Shown here in pieces: positions 14,644 through 16,074 of a DNA stretch of 16,074 bases. The DNA comes from Oligoflexus sp. (GTDB lineage: Bacteria; Bdellovibrionota_B; Oligoflexia; Oligoflexales; Oligoflexaceae). Every line of letters begins with the position of its first letter. The stretch's first letter is position 1. The DNA lies in the NCBI GenBank assembly GCA_041736305.1, contig JBGSTX010000059.1, forward strand, positions 1 through 16,074. The letters run 5' to 3'. Below the pieces are notes generated by a model. It saw nothing but the letters and a program-made list of their open reading frames with translations, had not been told where the DNA came from and did not search any database. Position numbers and translations under genes: made by a program.

Positions 14644-15303
14644 CTACTTCACGTCAAATCTCTGCGGAAATGCCTCACGATAATCCTGAGAAGCCAGTTG
14701 AATCACCTTTAAAGCCTCGGCTCTATTGTAGACTGCCGGGATCAGCGTTTTCCGTTCGCCATCACCTGGCAGGTCCTTGTAGGTAAGGAAGTAGTGCTTC
14801 ATCCGCGCCAGGATTTTGGGGGGGCATTCGTCGAGATCATTGAGGTCCCCGTAGATCGGGTCGTCCTTAAGAACGGCTATGATCTTATCGTCTACTTCAC
14901 CCCGGTCGATCATCAAGAGGCCGCCGATCGGTTTGGCCTGCAGTAAAAGGTCGCCGTGAGTAATCGGACGCTCGGTCAGAACGCAAATATCCAATGGGTC
15001 CATATCTCCCAGCAAATTCTTCATGCCCGTCTTTTCTGCGGCTAGGGTAGCTACCCGCTGACTGCAGTAAGTCTGCGGCACGAAGCCATAGAGGGAGGGG
15101 ATAATATTCGAAAATTTTTGCGGTCGATCGATGCTGAGATATCCTGAATCCTTGTCGAGTTCGTACTTAACGGTGTCCGTTTGGACGATCTCGATATAGA
15201 CATTCAGGTAGGAAGCGTCCTTTCCTTGCATGGATATGCCGTGCCAAGGATGAGGTCTAAAGTTCTGCTTCAAGTAGCTCAGCAGGTCAGTAAAGTCGTT
15301 CAT
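14644..15303 (-). CDS. ppa: Soluble inorganic pyrophosphatase, family I
   Basis: HPWHG, IEI...D.VKYELDK.SG...IDR, YGFVPQT, GDMDPLDICVL, DDKIIAV, YF..YK. Start placed at ATG 15303, with a GGAGGAG RBS upstream. Confidence 0.95.
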   Translation of the reverse strand: MNDFTDLLSYLKQNFRPHPWHGISMQGKDASYLNVYIEIVQTDTVKYELDKDSGYLSIDRPQKFSNIIPSLYGFVPQTYCSQRVATLAAEKTGMKNLLGDMDPLDICVLTERPITHGDLLLQAKPIGGLLMIDRGEVDDKIIAVLKDDPIYGDLNDLDECPPKILARMKHYFLTYKDLPGDGERKTLIPAVYNRAEALKVIQLASQDYREAFPQRFDVK

Positions 15304-15347
15304 ATTAACTGGGACTCCTCCATAGGACGCAAAGGGGAGAAAAGGAC

Positions 15348-15692
15348 TTAACGAGGCTGTGCCTTCAGCCAAGCTAGAAATAGCACACCATCGGGACTGT
15401 CCTTCCACTCCGGCTGTCCGTAGGGCATATAACCCGAACTTACCGCAGCTTCAACCTGATCCCGCTGAAGAATTATTTCTTCTGCTGTTTCGAGACTGAC
15501 TCCGCCCGAAGCGTAGCCTGAATTGTGGCAAGGCGTGCAATTGCTTTCGACTATAGGAGCAACGTCTGCGTAGCTTGGAGGCGGATTTTCTTCGCTGCTT
15601 TCTCCACCCAACACGCGAGCGTACCCTATTCCAGACAGGCCTAGACCAAGAAGTAGCAAAGCAGGGGAATGATTACGAAGTCTTATGTTCAT
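15348..15692 (-). CDS. Small exported monoheme c-type cytochrome
   Basis: Signal peptide (PALLLLGLGLSGIGYA), CTPCH heme motif and candidate distal Met in GYMP. The VAPIVESNC..CH....SGGVSL pattern resembles planctomycete-type cytochrome c domains. GGAGG RBS before ATG 15692. Confidence 0.85.
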   Translation of the reverse strand: MNIRLRNHSPALLLLGLGLSGIGYARVLGGESSEENPPPSYADVAPIVESNCTPCHNSGYASGGVSLETAEEIILQRDQVEAAVSSGYMPYGQPEWKDSPDGVLFLAWLKAQPR

Positions 15693-15714
15693 GATGGTCC
15701 TCCCATTTTGAACT

Positions 15715-15743
15715 ATCATGGTAAGCCTTGAAGCCGCTGTCAA
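15715..15743 (-). promoter_or_regulatory. Sigma70-type promoter for the cytochrome c gene (possibly also ppa)
   Basis: Minus strand TTGACA (15743-15738), 17-bp spacer, CATGAT (15720-15715). Confidence 0.55.
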
Positions 15744-15785
15744 GTCACGGCTCCTCAAGACTTCTTCAGGAAGGAAGGCATTAGA

Positions 15786-16073
15786 TCAGTCGAGCTCTCG
15801 GATCTGTGGCTGTTGCTCGCGGATATGGGTGTTCATTGCGGTCTTGCAGGCTGCACTCAGTTTCTCCTTCCCACTCATGAGACAGGTCTGCTGAGCTTTC
15901 AAGAGACGTTTTTCGGCCTCGAGACTAGGACAGAGCTCGTGTAGTTCGCTCTTGCAGCTGTTTTGTACATTTTGAAAACTCTGGTGAAACTTGTCCCAGG
16001 CGGCAGCATTCTTCTTGAGAAACTCCCGGCAGTCGGCGTCTTTTACCTGCTCGGCATTGAAATGCAGACAAGT
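15786..16073 (-). CDS. Cysteine-rich repeat protein (GLG1/Cys_rich_FGFR-like), 5'-truncated by the window edge
   Basis: Manual translation: TCLHFNAEQVKDADCREFL...SCKSELHELCPSLEAEKRLLKAQQTCLMSGKEKLSAACKTAM...ELD*. Shows the C-x7-C ... CL-x6-LSxxC pattern and a partial preceding repeat. Confidence 0.7.
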   Translation of the reverse strand, partial: TCLHFNAEQVKDADCREFLKKNAAAWDKFHQSFQNVQNSCKSELHELCPSLEAEKRLLKAQQTCLMSGKEKLSAACKTAMNTHIREQQPQIRELD

Positions 16074-16074
16074 C

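Noticed and set aside
15304-15408. N-terminal extension of ppa in the ORF track
   Set aside because: It overlaps the cytochrome c gene, and a strong RBS supports ATG 15303.
15693-15758. N-terminal extension of cytochrome c in the ORF track
   Set aside because: It overlaps the predicted promoter, and the RBS and signal peptide support ATG 15692.
1-16074. CRISPR array, tRNA/rRNA, prophage or known defence system; remaining short ORFs in the track
   Set aside because: No spaced repeats, RNA-gene signatures or phage/defence motifs were seen. The other short ORFs are nested in or antisense to well-supported genes.

Overview
Bacterial window, roughly 50% GC. The gene styles suggest a Bdellovibrionota/Oligoflexia- or delta-proteobacterium-like host, which is inference only. 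Left to right: the left end and first 23 codons of a probable IS3-like transposase (minus strand, not in the ORF track); a full-length MoeA with several degenerate active-site motifs; a small exported hypothetical protein; a tonB-exbB-exbD operon with no receptor gene in the window; a kup K+ transporter; a four-gene cluster; a divergent GT2 (GtrB/ArnC-like) and GT-C membrane glycosyltransferase pair; a metzincin-like lipoprotein; family I pyrophosphatase ppa; a small monoheme cytochrome c; and a truncated Cys-rich repeat protein (not in the ORF track). The four-gene cluster (6557-10940) is the best candidate for an undescribed system. It pairs a P2A (Ca2+-type, PEGL) P-type ATPase carrying an N-terminal Cys-less HMA2-like domain with a DUF5132-like small membrane protein and two more HMA2-like proteins. 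This resembles the accessory architecture of ferrosome (fez) clusters, but around a SERCA-like pump rather than a P1B-6 pump. All family calls come from motif recognition; no database searches were run.
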